Source: a virus
DNA length: 46,198 bases
Direction: 5' to 3' (one strand)
Virus record (IMG/VR): IMGVR_UViG_3300045988_053311
Made by a program: the position numbers and the translations under genes
The notes under the pieces: model-generated
Database searches by the model: none
Seen by the model: the letters and a program-made list of their open reading frames with translations, nothing else
What the model was told of the DNA's origin: nothing
Part shown: piece after piece, positions 8,473 to 14,837 of the stretch
Layout: each line of letters begins with the position of its first letter
Numbering within the stretch: position 1 is the first letter of the stretch

Positions 8473-8673
8473 CTATTCCTCCTTGTCATAAACTACATGT
8501 TTACTGCCCTCGATAATCAGCAAACTTGCAATATCTTTCATTGATAAGGTTGATTCGTTATAAATTTCAACCAGTGCATTGTAAGCGTCTGTTGAAACTT
8601 TCACGACAGGGTTATCCTTATCAGTTGCCGGTTGCTTCTTTCTTGCCGGAATACGGATTTCAAATTCACTCAC
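8473..8673 (-). CDS. Hypothetical small protein (66 aa)
   Basis: ORF track. There is a 2-nt gap to the downstream gene. Confidence 0.6.
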   Translation of the reverse strand: MSEFEIRIPARKKQPATDKDNPVVKVSTDAYNALVEIYNESTLSMKDIASLLIIEGSKHVVYDKEE

Positions 8674-8839
8674 CGATATTTTCCTCCTTATACGATTTCT
8701 GAGCCGTTAAAAGCCCGTTCAGAGCCTGTACGTAGCTCGCCAATGTTCTTGCCTTATATGATTCTTCAATAGGATTATCTGCCACAATAGAAAGCTGCCC
8801 ATCTATCAAATCAAGAATTTCATTAATCCTCTCCTGCAT
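8666..8839 (-). CDS. Hypothetical small protein (57 aa)
   Basis: Start refined to MQERINEIL, with GGTGGAGAAAG upstream. The longer track ORF begins in an implausible hydrophobic read-through. Confidence 0.5.
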   Translation of the reverse strand: MQERINEILDLIDGQLSIVADNPIEESYKARTLASYVQALNGLLTAQKSYKEENIGE

Positions 8840-9080
8840 CTTTCTCCACCTCACTAAAAAAACAGTAAACATTGTCAGAACCATCTCCCCTTGCAGGGCT
8901 AATACTGCCACCCGGAAGCAATCCACTGGCACTGTGATATTCAAGATGATTCAGGTACATGTCTGGGTTTTCCCAGTCGATAATGTACTGCTTTCGCTTA
9001 TTCAACTCTGACAGAAGCTCATTTACTGTCGTTATCAGTTCCATTGTCGGTAGAAGTTTCAGCTCCATTTGATTCAACAT
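8823..9080 (-). CDS. Hypothetical protein (85 aa)
   Basis: Start refined to MLNQMELK, with RBS GGGAGGTG 8 nt upstream. Confidence 0.5.
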   Translation of the reverse strand: MLNQMELKLLPTMELITTVNELLSELNKRKQYIIDWENPDMYLNHLEYHSASGLLPGGSISPARGDGSDNVYCFFSEVEKDAGED

Positions 9081-9357
9081 CCAACGGACACCTCCCATCT
9101 ATCAGAAGTTCCAACAAGAAAGCTTTAATTATTCTGAGGCTTTCACGACTTTCTTTCTCATAAAATGGGTTAAAAGATACGTTTTGGTACAAATCCCATT
9201 TAAATTTGTCTTTGAGAAGGAGAACATCTTCTTCCCTTTTAACCCCTCTTACTCCCAAACCGTAGCCCGAAAAATCAAAGGTGATATTTGCTGCCGGAAC
9301 TTCGTTCACAACTCTTTTACAAAGTTCATAAATTTCATCAATCTCTTTCTCAAACAT
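9019..9357 (-). CDS. Hypothetical protein (112 aa)
   Basis: Start refined to MFEKEIDEIYEL, with RBS AAGGAGGATAAG upstream. Its 3' end overlaps the next gene by 62 nt. Confidence 0.55.
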   Translation of the reverse strand: MFEKEIDEIYELCKRVVNEVPAANITFDFSGYGLGVRGVKREEDVLLLKDKFKWDLYQNVSFNPFYEKESRESLRIIKAFLLELLIDGRCPLDVESNGAETSTDNGTDNDSK

Positions 9358-9377
9358 CTTCTTATCCTCCTTATTTT

Positions 9378-9509
9378 CTACTGCCAGTCTGCTTTCATCT
9401 GGCGAACCGCCCATGCTGCCGAGACGCCAAAAAAGATGTTCAGCCAAATAGGTATGTCCACATATTTCCCGGCAAGCATACAAACAGCAATTAGCGTATA
9501 CTCTTTCAT
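9378..9509 (-). CDS. Small membrane protein (43 aa)
   Basis: Sequence MKEYTLIAVCMLAGKYVDIPIWLNIFFGVSAAWAVRQMKADWQ. It has an ATGA overlap with the upstream stop and two hydrophobic segments. Confidence 0.45.
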   Translation of the reverse strand: MKEYTLIAVCMLAGKYVDIPIWLNIFFGVSAAWAVRQMKADWQ

Positions 9510-9691
9510 TTCATTTCTCCCATAATCCACGCCAGATTGCTTGCTACCAGTGCGGCTGCGGTCACAATCCATGCCGTGAACCATTTTCTTGATTTCTTTT
9601 TACTTTTTTCGACAATTTCTGTCGCAAGAATGAACTCAAGTTCGTCCCATGTCGGAACATTTTCACATTTATTTGTGCTATTTCTGCTCAT
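9506..9691 (-). CDS. Small C-terminally membrane-anchored protein (61 aa)
   Basis: ORF track. RBS AAAAAGGAGAAA lies upstream, and WFTAWIVTAAALVASNLAWIMG is a hydrophobic helix. Confidence 0.6.
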   Translation of the reverse strand: MSRNSTNKCENVPTWDELEFILATEIVEKSKKKSRKWFTAWIVTAAALVASNLAWIMGEMK

Positions 9692-9825
9692 ATCGTGCTA
9701 ATTTCTCCTTTTTTGGTATTTACAATTAGCAGATACAAAGTTATAATTAACCTGTACCTACTAAAGCGCGATTTTAGTGGGTGCAACGCTCCGGGGCGGA
9801 GGTATCAGCTCCCTCCGGGGCACTA

Positions 9826-10155
9826 TCACTTCAATGCTTCTTTCCCTCTCCAGACATATCCTGTTTCTTCCCAGAGCTTTCTTGGAGAGATAACAAATTC
9901 TATTCTGCCAGAACCTTTTCTGTCGTGAATCACTTTGTTCCCACGATACGCCGTGCCGATAGGAAACCATCCATAGATGATTCCTGCTCTGACAGATGGT
10001 GTAGGAATGCCTGTCATCTTGCTCACGTCTGATACTGTCAGGCGCTCGTTTGAGAACTCTGGCATCTGTGGGATACCAGATATGATTCTCGCAACCTCTG
10101 CGGCGAACTGATGAACTTCTGCGCTTTCTTTGATGTAAGTATCAACTTCGCTCAT
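9826..10155 (-). CDS. HTH_17/excisionase-type (MerR-like) DNA-binding protein
   Basis: Start refined to MSEVDTY, with RBS AAAGGAG 7 nt upstream. LTVSDVSKMTGIPTPSVRAGIIYGWFP is typical of AlpA/Xis-type HTH proteins. An in-frame upstream start at 10281 is possible. Confidence 0.65.
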   Translation of the reverse strand: MSEVDTYIKESAEVHQFAAEVARIISGIPQMPEFSNERLTVSDVSKMTGIPTPSVRAGIIYGWFPIGTAYRGNKVIHDRKGSGRIEFVISPRKLWEETGYVWRGKEALK

Positions 10156-10258
10156 TTCATGCTCCTTTCTTGTTTTCTTCTTTTTTCTGGTCAGAATTAC
10201 TGCAATCAATAACTCCGTCCATATATCCCAGAATACAATGTTTTTATCTTCTGGAAGC

Positions 10259-10515
10259 TTACGGTGCTCTGCGAGACTCAACTAAAGGAACTTCTGCTTT
10301 ATATGCTCCCTGTTCTCTTAATTTTCCTTTGTTGGAATAGCTTGCAAAGTGTACGGTCGTGTCCACTTCCATATCAATACGGAAATCATCCGGTGTGCAG
10401 GAAATCATAAAACCTGTACATTCATGTCCGAAATCCTCTCCGTTGATGCGGAAGATTTTTTCTCTGTGTCAACTTCGATGGTTTTAAGCTCATGTGGAAT
10501 GAAAATTTTACTCAT
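10259..10515 (-). pseudogene. 85-codon gene interrupted by a frameshift at an A6 run (sequencing error, pseudogene or slippage site)
   Basis: RBS AAAGGAG precedes the ATG at 10515. Frame 0 reads MSKIFIPHELKTIEVDTEKK and stops 16 codons after the A6 run (T6 on the plus strand at 10456-10461). The -1 frame continues as IFRINGEDFGHECTGFMISCTPDDFRIDMEVDTTVHFASYSNKGKLREQGAYKAEVPLVESRRAP to the stop at 10259. The downstream part has no RBS of its own. Confidence 0.6.
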
Positions 10516-10531
10516 AATTTGCTCCTTTCTA

Positions 10532-10599
10532 TTGTTTTTTTTCTTTTCTCCTACCTATAATGTACTTACAGGCACCTCCATGCCGAGTACGGAGAAAAG
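10532..10599 (+). promoter_or_regulatory. Antisense cassette copy 1: promoter-like TTGTTT-N18-TATAAT plus nested hairpin whose 3' arm is the SD of the 10609 ORF
   Basis: TATAAT lies at 10556-10561. CTTTTCTCC (10543-51) pairs with GGAGAAAAG (10591-99), with inner stems GTACT/AGTAC and GGCA/TGCC. The core matches the copy at 10961-11032 at about 30 of 38 positions. Confidence 0.4.
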
Positions 10600-10608
10600 G
10601 AGAATTAT

Positions 10609-10809
10609 ATGGTTGAAACAATCACTCGACTGTATCACTGCCACAAGATTCACAAGCATGTGAACGTTTGTGAAGAGTATGAGGTTTCTGGTAACAGTCG
10701 CCGCCTACTGCGGTGCTCATGTCCATATCATCAATACACGGAAATGAAGCCGCGCTGTGATGGGTATAATGACCATGGTTTTCAATGTGGTTATGCAAAA
10801 AAACAATAA
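10609..10809 (+). CDS. Possible small Cys/His-rich ORF (66 aa) antisense to the 10622..10942 gene
   Basis: RBS GGAGAAAAGGAG lies upstream and the first 60 nt or so are homologous to the start of the 11040 ORF. However, it is fully overlapped by a minus-strand gene and has odd composition. Confidence 0.25.
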   Translation: MVETITRLYHCHKIHKHVNVCEEYEVSGNSRRLLRCSCPYHQYTEMKPRCDGYNDHGFQCGYAKKQ

Positions 10810-10942
10810 CCAGGCTCACTAACTCATCCGGTCGCTCACTTGGCGATAAGTAACAGTAAAGCCGTAGGTCACATTTGCAACAGTCTCCACCAGATTCTTC
10901 GCAGTGCCGACTGACGGCTTTGTTAAATTGTAATGCGTCCAT
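10622..10942 (-). CDS. Cys-rich small protein (106 aa)
   Basis: Start refined to MDALQFNKAVSRHCEESGGDCCKCDLRLYCY, with RBS GGGAGGTG 6 nt upstream. The N-terminal CxxC-type motif is common in small phage or plasmid proteins of Firmicutes. The C-terminal half is atypical. Confidence 0.55.
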   Translation of the reverse strand: MDALQFNKAVSRHCEESGGDCCKCDLRLYCYLSPSERPDELVSLVIVFLHNHIENHGHYTHHSAASFPCIDDMDMSTAVGGDCYQKPHTLHKRSHACESCGSDTVE

Positions 10943-10960
10943 TGTTTTCACCTCCCTACC

Positions 10961-11032
10961 TTGACTTTTTATATTTGTTCTCCTATCCTGTAAGTACAGG
11001 CACTGGCATGCTGAGTATTGAGGAAAGGAGGA
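10961..11032 (+). promoter_or_regulatory. Antisense cassette copy 2: TTGACT-N17-TATCCT plus hairpin sequestering the SD of the 11040 ORF
   Basis: TTGACT lies at 10961-66 and TATCCT at 10984-89. TTCTCCTATCCT (10978-89) pairs with AGGAAAGGAGGA (11021-32), with one A-A mismatch and one G-U pair. The pairing is kept by different sequence than in copy 1. Confidence 0.4.
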
Positions 11033-11039
11033 CGCTACT

Positions 11040-11285
11040 ATGTTTGACAATTTTGGATTAAGCCACTGTGAACTTGCTAAGATTCGTACTGTGAATCCTG
11101 AATTGGCTGCACATAATATTGCTTCAGCTTATATCAAAGCGACTGCACAGGTTACCAAATTGCACAGTGAAGATGAAGTTGATTCTTCTGATGTACTGTC
11201 ACTGTCCAACCAGTATGTACAAGCCTATAACTATGCTTATAATTTTGTCGTTCATGAAAATAAGATTATAAACGAGGCTGAATAG
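11040..11285 (+). CDS. Plus-strand hypothetical protein (81 aa) embedded antisense in the early lytic operon
   Basis: Strong RBS AAAGGAGGA lies 7 nt upstream. No competing minus-strand ORF covers 11051-11265. Its 3' end overlaps the convergent 11266..11487 gene by 20 nt. Confidence 0.55.
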   Translation: MFDNFGLSHCELAKIRTVNPELAAHNIASAYIKATAQVTKLHSEDEVDSSDVLSLSNQYVQAYNYAYNFVVHENKIINEAE

Positions 11286-11487
11286 TATTTATTAAGGTGT
11301 CTGGACTCCGCTTATACATTTCTTCCATAACAGAGTCCAGATGCTTACGGGCAACTTGGCTTTCTGCGATTGTCAATTCTCCCATTGCCATTACGCAATT
11401 TTCTACTGCCTTGAGAATCTTTTCTTTATCATATCCAAGCATCTCTAAAGCATAGTCTGTAAGTCCTGCAACTGTTTTTTCTTTCAT
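11266..11487 (-). CDS. Hypothetical early protein (73 aa)
   Basis: ORF track. There is a perfect RBS, AAGGAGGTGA, upstream. It is the second gene of the rightward-switch operon. Confidence 0.7.
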   Translation of the reverse strand: MKEKTVAGLTDYALEMLGYDKEKILKAVENCVMAMGELTIAESQVARKHLDSVMEEMYKRSPDTLINTIQPRL

Positions 11488-11512
11488 GTATTCTCACCTC
11501 CTTACGTTTCAA

Positions 11513-11740
11513 TCAATCAGCTCCCTTCCGTTCTGGCAACCTTGGTTCAAGAAACTTATCGGTTCCAACAGATAATGCTCCACAAATTAATTCGTATTCA
11601 TCGAAATCTAATTTGCGATTTCCATTGAGAGAAAGATTGAGCTTCTGAACAGGAATACCAGTTTTGTTGGCAACGAATGTCTGTGTTATGCCGTTATTCT
11701 CAAGGTATGACTTGATTTTTTTACCAACACACATTTTCAA
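11513..11740 (-). CDS. Cro-like XRE-family HTH regulator
   Basis: ITQTFVANKTGIPVQKLNLSLNGNRKL is an XRE HTH. It is divergent from the CI-like gene, and RBS GAAAGGAGAA lies upstream. Confidence 0.8.
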   Translation of the reverse strand: MKMCVGKKIKSYLENNGITQTFVANKTGIPVQKLNLSLNGNRKLDFDEYELICGALSVGTDKFLEPRLPERKGAD

Positions 11741-11781
11741 TTCTCCTTTCTATTTAAGTTTCGTTCCTATCGAACAATTAT

Positions 11782-11810
11782 AGTATAACTTCGAAATGTT
11801 CGAATGTCAA
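11782..11810 (-). promoter_or_regulatory. Early lytic (Cro-side) promoter TTGACA-N17-TATACT
   Basis: On the minus strand, TTGACA is the complement of 11805-11810 and TATACT the complement of 11782-11787. The spacer TTCGAACATTTCGAAGT carries two TTCGAA half-sites. Confidence 0.65.
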
Positions 11811-11815
11811 GAATA

Positions 11816-11836
11816 AATTTCGAGAAAATCGAAATT
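11816..11836. promoter_or_regulatory. Operator-like inverted repeat AATTTCGA-N5-TCGAAATT between the divergent -35 boxes
   Basis: This is a perfect 8-bp-arm inverted repeat. Related TTCGAAAT-containing sites lie at 11789-11806 and 11849-11860, inside the two promoter spacers. Confidence 0.6.
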
Positions 11837-11842
11837 ATTTTA

Positions 11843-11871
11843 TTGACAGTTCGAAATTTCTATATTATTAT
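11843..11871 (+). promoter_or_regulatory. Repressor (CI-side) promoter TTGACA-N17-TATTAT
   Basis: TTGACA lies at 11843-48 and TATTAT at 11866-71. The spacer contains GTTCGAAATTTC. Confidence 0.6.
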
Positions 11872-11896
11872 TAATCATGAAAGGAGGAAATCGATA

Positions 11897-12241
11897 ATGA
11901 CATTTGGCGAGAAAATCAAGCAAGCCAGAACAGCAAAGAAATTAACTCAGAAACAACTCGCAGAAAAAATCAATGTAAAACACAATTCAATTAGTGACTG
12001 GGAAAAAGATAAGTGCAAACCAGATATGGACACTATCGAACTTCTATGCGGCGCTCTGGAAGTAACACCGACATATCTCGTGGGTTCTAAAAGCGATGAC
12101 GATTATGCAACCATAATTGGAAACCTTATGTCAGAACCTGACGTCTTAGACTTTATCGAGGAATATAAAGCACTCGATAAAGAAGATAAGAAAGCAATAA
12201 AACAAATAGTTTCATCATTAAACAAAAAGAGCAAGGGTTAA
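11897..12241 (+). CDS. CI-like XRE-family repressor (114 aa)
   Basis: Start refined to MTFGEKIKQARTAKKLTQKQLAEKINVKHNSISDWEKDK, with RBS AAGGAGG 9 nt upstream. It has a classic XRE HTH plus a short C-terminal domain. Confidence 0.85.
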   Translation: MTFGEKIKQARTAKKLTQKQLAEKINVKHNSISDWEKDKCKPDMDTIELLCGALEVTPTYLVGSKSDDDYATIIGNLMSEPDVLDFIEEYKALDKEDKKAIKQIVSSLNKKSKG

Positions 12242-12262
12242 TCCCCTTGCTTCTTTGATTTT
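12231..12262 (+). terminator. Intrinsic terminator after the repressor gene
   Basis: GCAAGGG-TTAATC-CCCTTGC is followed by TTCTTTGATTTT. The hairpin overlaps the stop codons of both convergent genes. Confidence 0.75.
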
Positions 12263-12354
12263 AGATATTTGATAAGAATCGTATAGACAAATTTTAACTT
12301 GCCCTCATTATCACATTTTTCAACCATCTCAATAATTTCCTTCTTATAATCCAT
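12238..12354 (-). CDS. Small protein (38 aa) convergent with the repressor gene
   Basis: Hand translation gives MDYKKEIIEMVEKCDNEGKLKFVYTILIKYLKSKKQGD. RBS GGGAGGG lies 6 nt upstream. It has its own near-consensus promoter, and its stop codon overlaps the repressor stop codon. Confidence 0.5.
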   Translation of the reverse strand: MDYKKEIIEMVEKCDNEGKLKFVYTILIKYLKSKKQGD

Positions 12355-12441
12355 AAATAACCCTCCCTGTCGCAACTACCGCCTACACTACAGTATATGT
12401 CCGGCTGTGGGAAATAGAACCGAACATTAGTTCGTTTTACT

Positions 12442-12470
12442 ATTATACCATCTATTCCGACTCTTGGCAA
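12442..12470 (-). promoter_or_regulatory. Near-consensus promoter TTGCCA-N17-(TGg)TATAAT for the 38-aa gene
   Basis: On the minus strand, TTGCCA is the complement of 12465-70 and TATAAT the complement of 12442-47. The -35 box lies within the palindrome TTGGCA-AC-TGCCAA (12464-12477). Confidence 0.6.
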
Positions 12471-12555
12471 CTGCCAATGATATACATGAACTCTCACTAT
12501 TTTATAGAAAAAAACATTTCTTATTCATCTAAATCACTCTATTTCGTTCTAAATC

Positions 12556-12584
12556 TTTACAATATGCTCTTAAAATGATAAAAT
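12556..12584 (+). promoter_or_regulatory. Promoter TTTACA-N17-(TGa)TAAAAT upstream of the OB-fold membrane protein gene
   Basis: TTTACA lies at 12556-61 and TAAAAT at 12579-84, with an extended -10 TG at 12576-77. Confidence 0.5.
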
Positions 12585-12701
12585 AAAAATACCACGAATA
12601 ACCGTACTTTACATAATATTGCAAAATCAGCGGTACAAAATACATAATCCGCATGAAAAGTGCGAAGCGTGGCGAATAAAGCTATTAGGAGGAGCAATTC
12701 T

Positions 12702-13181
12702 ATGAGTAAGAAAAAAGGTGGAAAACTCAAATGGGTAGTTTTAGCAGTTGTTGCCATTGGCGTTATCGGTGCCGTTGGTGGAAATTCGGATTCAAACACC
12801 ACGTCTTCTTCCAGCGCATCTGCAAAGACGGAATCTGCAAAAGAAACTGATACACCTACACCAATTGAATACACAGCCGTATCAGTCAACGATATGATGT
12901 CTCAGCTTGATGATAACGCACTTGGAGCATCTGATAAATACAAAGGGCAATACTTAGAAATCACTGGTAGACTCGGGAACATTGATTCATCTGGAAAATA
13001 TATCTCCCTCTATCCCGACGATGAATATGCGATAATCGGCGTTCAGTGCCAGATTAAAAATGATGAGCAGCGTTCGAAAGTCGCATCAATGGCAAAAGGT
13101 GATACAGTCACACTAAAGGGAAAATGTACAGACGTAGGTGAAGTTCTTGGATATTCATTTGACATTGAAGAAATAGAATAA
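12702..13181 (+). CDS. Membrane-anchored OB-fold (tRNA_anti-like) protein; lysogeny-module moron, possible superinfection-exclusion function
   Basis: Start refined to MSKKKGGKLKWVVLAVVAIGVIGAVG, with RBS AGGAGGAG upstream. It has an N-terminal TM helix and a Ser/Thr linker. The C-terminal part, YKGQYLEITGRLGNID...GDTVTLKGKCTDVG, fits the tRNA_anti-like OB pattern. Confidence 0.7.
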   Translation: MSKKKGGKLKWVVLAVVAIGVIGAVGGNSDSNTTSSSSASAKTESAKETDTPTPIEYTAVSVNDMMSQLDDNALGASDKYKGQYLEITGRLGNIDSSGKYISLYPDDEYAIIGVQCQIKNDEQRSKVASMAKGDTVTLKGKCTDVGEVLGYSFDIEEIE

Positions 13182-13188
13182 ATAAAAA

Positions 13189-13216
13189 CCACCCCGGCAT
13201 TGGCGTACCGAGGTGG
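13189..13216 (+). terminator. Weak terminator-like hairpin after the OB-fold gene
   Basis: CCACCCCGG-N10-CCGAGGTGG forms a 9-bp stem with one mismatch. The tail CGTTTATAC is a poor U-tract. Confidence 0.35.
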
Positions 13217-13277
13217 CGTTTATACATCTCCGAAGAAATGTAATATTCTGGCAAAACATATTGTATCATCTTCGGAG

Positions 13278-13318
13278 CAGTCGAACAAGACAGAAAATTT
13301 GTTCGGCTGTTATTTTTA
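13278..13318 (+). terminator. Strong intrinsic terminator/attenuator 38 nt upstream of the integrase start
   Basis: CAGTCGAACAA-N10-TTGTTCGGCTG forms an 11-bp stem with one G-U pair, followed by TTATTTTTA. A second 9-bp inverted repeat, CTCCGAAGA/TCTTCGGAG (13228-36 / 13269-77), abuts it. Confidence 0.7.
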
Positions 13319-13355
13319 TACCTAAAACAGCTACATAAAGAAAAGAGGAATAAAA

Positions 13356-14534
13356 ATGGCGAAGAAAAGAAAGAAATACCCAAAGCTTCCAAATAGTTTC
13401 GGCAGCATCCGTTATCTTGGCAAGAATCGGAGAAATTGTTTTGCGGTACATCCGCCAGCTACACTGGACGCGACAGGGAAAGTAGTCCGACCGCCTGCAA
13501 TCTGCTATGTAGACGACTGGATTAAAGGATTTACTGTACTGACCGCATACAAGGCAGGAACATATCAGCCAGGGATGGAACGGGATCTTGAGATATCACC
13601 TACAACGGACGTAGATACCCTTGTTACTCGTTTGATTGCTGACTACAATACAATCAAGGGTGTCGAGGATAAACACCCGGAAATCAAGAAATTGACGTTT
13701 TCAGAGGTATATAAGAAGTTTTACGCATGGAAATTTCCAGAGGGTTCAAAACTTTCTTATAGTTCAAAAATAGCTTACCAGACCGCTTACTCGAACTGCA
13801 CGACTCTGTACAATCGTATCTTTGAGGATTTAAAAGCGCCTGATCTGCAAAAGGTAATTGATGACTGCCCGTTAAAACGTCAGAGCCTTATGGCAATTCT
13901 TACGCTGTTCAAGCAGATGTATAAATATGCTGTTTACTCAGAAATTGTAACAGAAAACAAGGCTTTGTATGTAAAAGTCAACGTGGATGACGACACTGAA
14001 CATGGAACGCCATTTTCTGACAATGAGCTAAAAATTCTCTGGAAGAATTCTGCTGATCCGGAAGTGCAGCTTATATTAATCATGTGTTATTCTGGCTGGA
14101 GAATCGGTGAAGTGCTTAAGTTGACAACTAACTTGGAAGAGAGATACTTTCAGGGCGGGATCAAGACTAAGGCAGGAAAGGACCGCGTAGTACCAATTCA
14201 TTCGGCGGTATACGAATTTGCTAAGCAAAAGGTTCTTACTCAAGATGGGAAGCTCTGTGTATATACTCAGCAGCACCACCGCAATGCTCTGTTCTATCCT
14301 ACACTGGAACGTTTAGGAATAGTCGGTGATCCGAAGCACACTCCGCACGACTGCCGGCATACTTTTTCTGCTTTGTGCGAAAAATATGGAGTCAGGGAGA
14401 ATGATCGTAAGAGAATGCTCGGTCATTCATTCGGCGGTGATGTTACAAACGCGGTATATGGACACAGGACACTAGAAGAACTCCGAACAGAGATTGAAAA
14501 GATAAAAGTCCCATTTGTGACTAACTGTGACTAA
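13356..14534 (+). CDS. int: Tyrosine site-specific integrase
   Basis: The C-terminal catalytic signature is present: SGWRIGEVLKL ... HTPHDCRHTFSALC ... MLGHS...VYGH (R..HxxR..Y). The size is 392 aa. Confidence 0.9.
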   Translation: MAKKRKKYPKLPNSFGSIRYLGKNRRNCFAVHPPATLDATGKVVRPPAICYVDDWIKGFTVLTAYKAGTYQPGMERDLEISPTTDVDTLVTRLIADYNTIKGVEDKHPEIKKLTFSEVYKKFYAWKFPEGSKLSYSSKIAYQTAYSNCTTLYNRIFEDLKAPDLQKVIDDCPLKRQSLMAILTLFKQMYKYAVYSEIVTENKALYVKVNVDDDTEHGTPFSDNELKILWKNSADPEVQLILIMCYSGWRIGEVLKLTTNLEERYFQGGIKTKAGKDRVVPIHSAVYEFAKQKVLTQDGKLCVYTQQHHRNALFYPTLERLGIVGDPKHTPHDCRHTFSALCEKYGVRENDRKRMLGHSFGGDVTNAVYGHRTLEELRTEIEKIKVPFVTNCD

Positions 14535-14830
14535 CGGAATCTTATTTTATCAATTTTATTCATCACAATTCAGAACATAAAAACGCGTGAAACCCTTGTA
14601 AAATCAACATTCTCAGCGATTTTACAAGGAATTCACTCATTCCATTCTCATTATTCTAATTGTATTCAATCAGGATATTAATTAGAACTATGCAAATGTC
14701 AGAAAGTCCTTTAAATACAGTACTTTAGAGGATATTTAATTAGGAAATGATTTTTTTTGTTTGTGACTAACGTGTGTCCAACGAACTAATAGGATTTACA
14801 AAACGAAATGATACAATATGTTATAAGAAA
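14516..14830. other. attP-like region with arm-type repeats
   Basis: TGTGACTAAC occurs three times: in tandem at 14516-14535 and again at 14762-14771. A 12-bp-arm inverted repeat, CCTTGTAAAATC/GATTTTACAAGG, lies at 14594-14629. The direct repeat GGATAT(T)TAATTAG occurs near 14672 and 14730. The region is non-coding and sits between the convergent int and endolysin genes. Confidence 0.55.
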
Positions 14831-14837
14831 CATGATT

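Noticed and set aside
9789-9821. GC-rich direct repeat CTCCGGGGC (9789-9797 and 9813-9821) with a 6-bp hairpin (CGGAGG/CCTCCG) just after the HTH gene, considered as a terminator
   Set aside because: No U-tract follows on the coding strand and the stem is short. It is kept only as an unexplained GC-rich patch in an AT-rich intergenic region.
12294-12889. Minus-strand ORFs 12294-12497 (67 aa) and 12557-12889 (110 aa) in the immunity region
   Set aside because: They have no RBS and implausible composition. They overlap the promoter regions and the well-supported plus-strand OB-fold gene. The real minus-strand gene here is the 38-codon ORF at 12238-12354.
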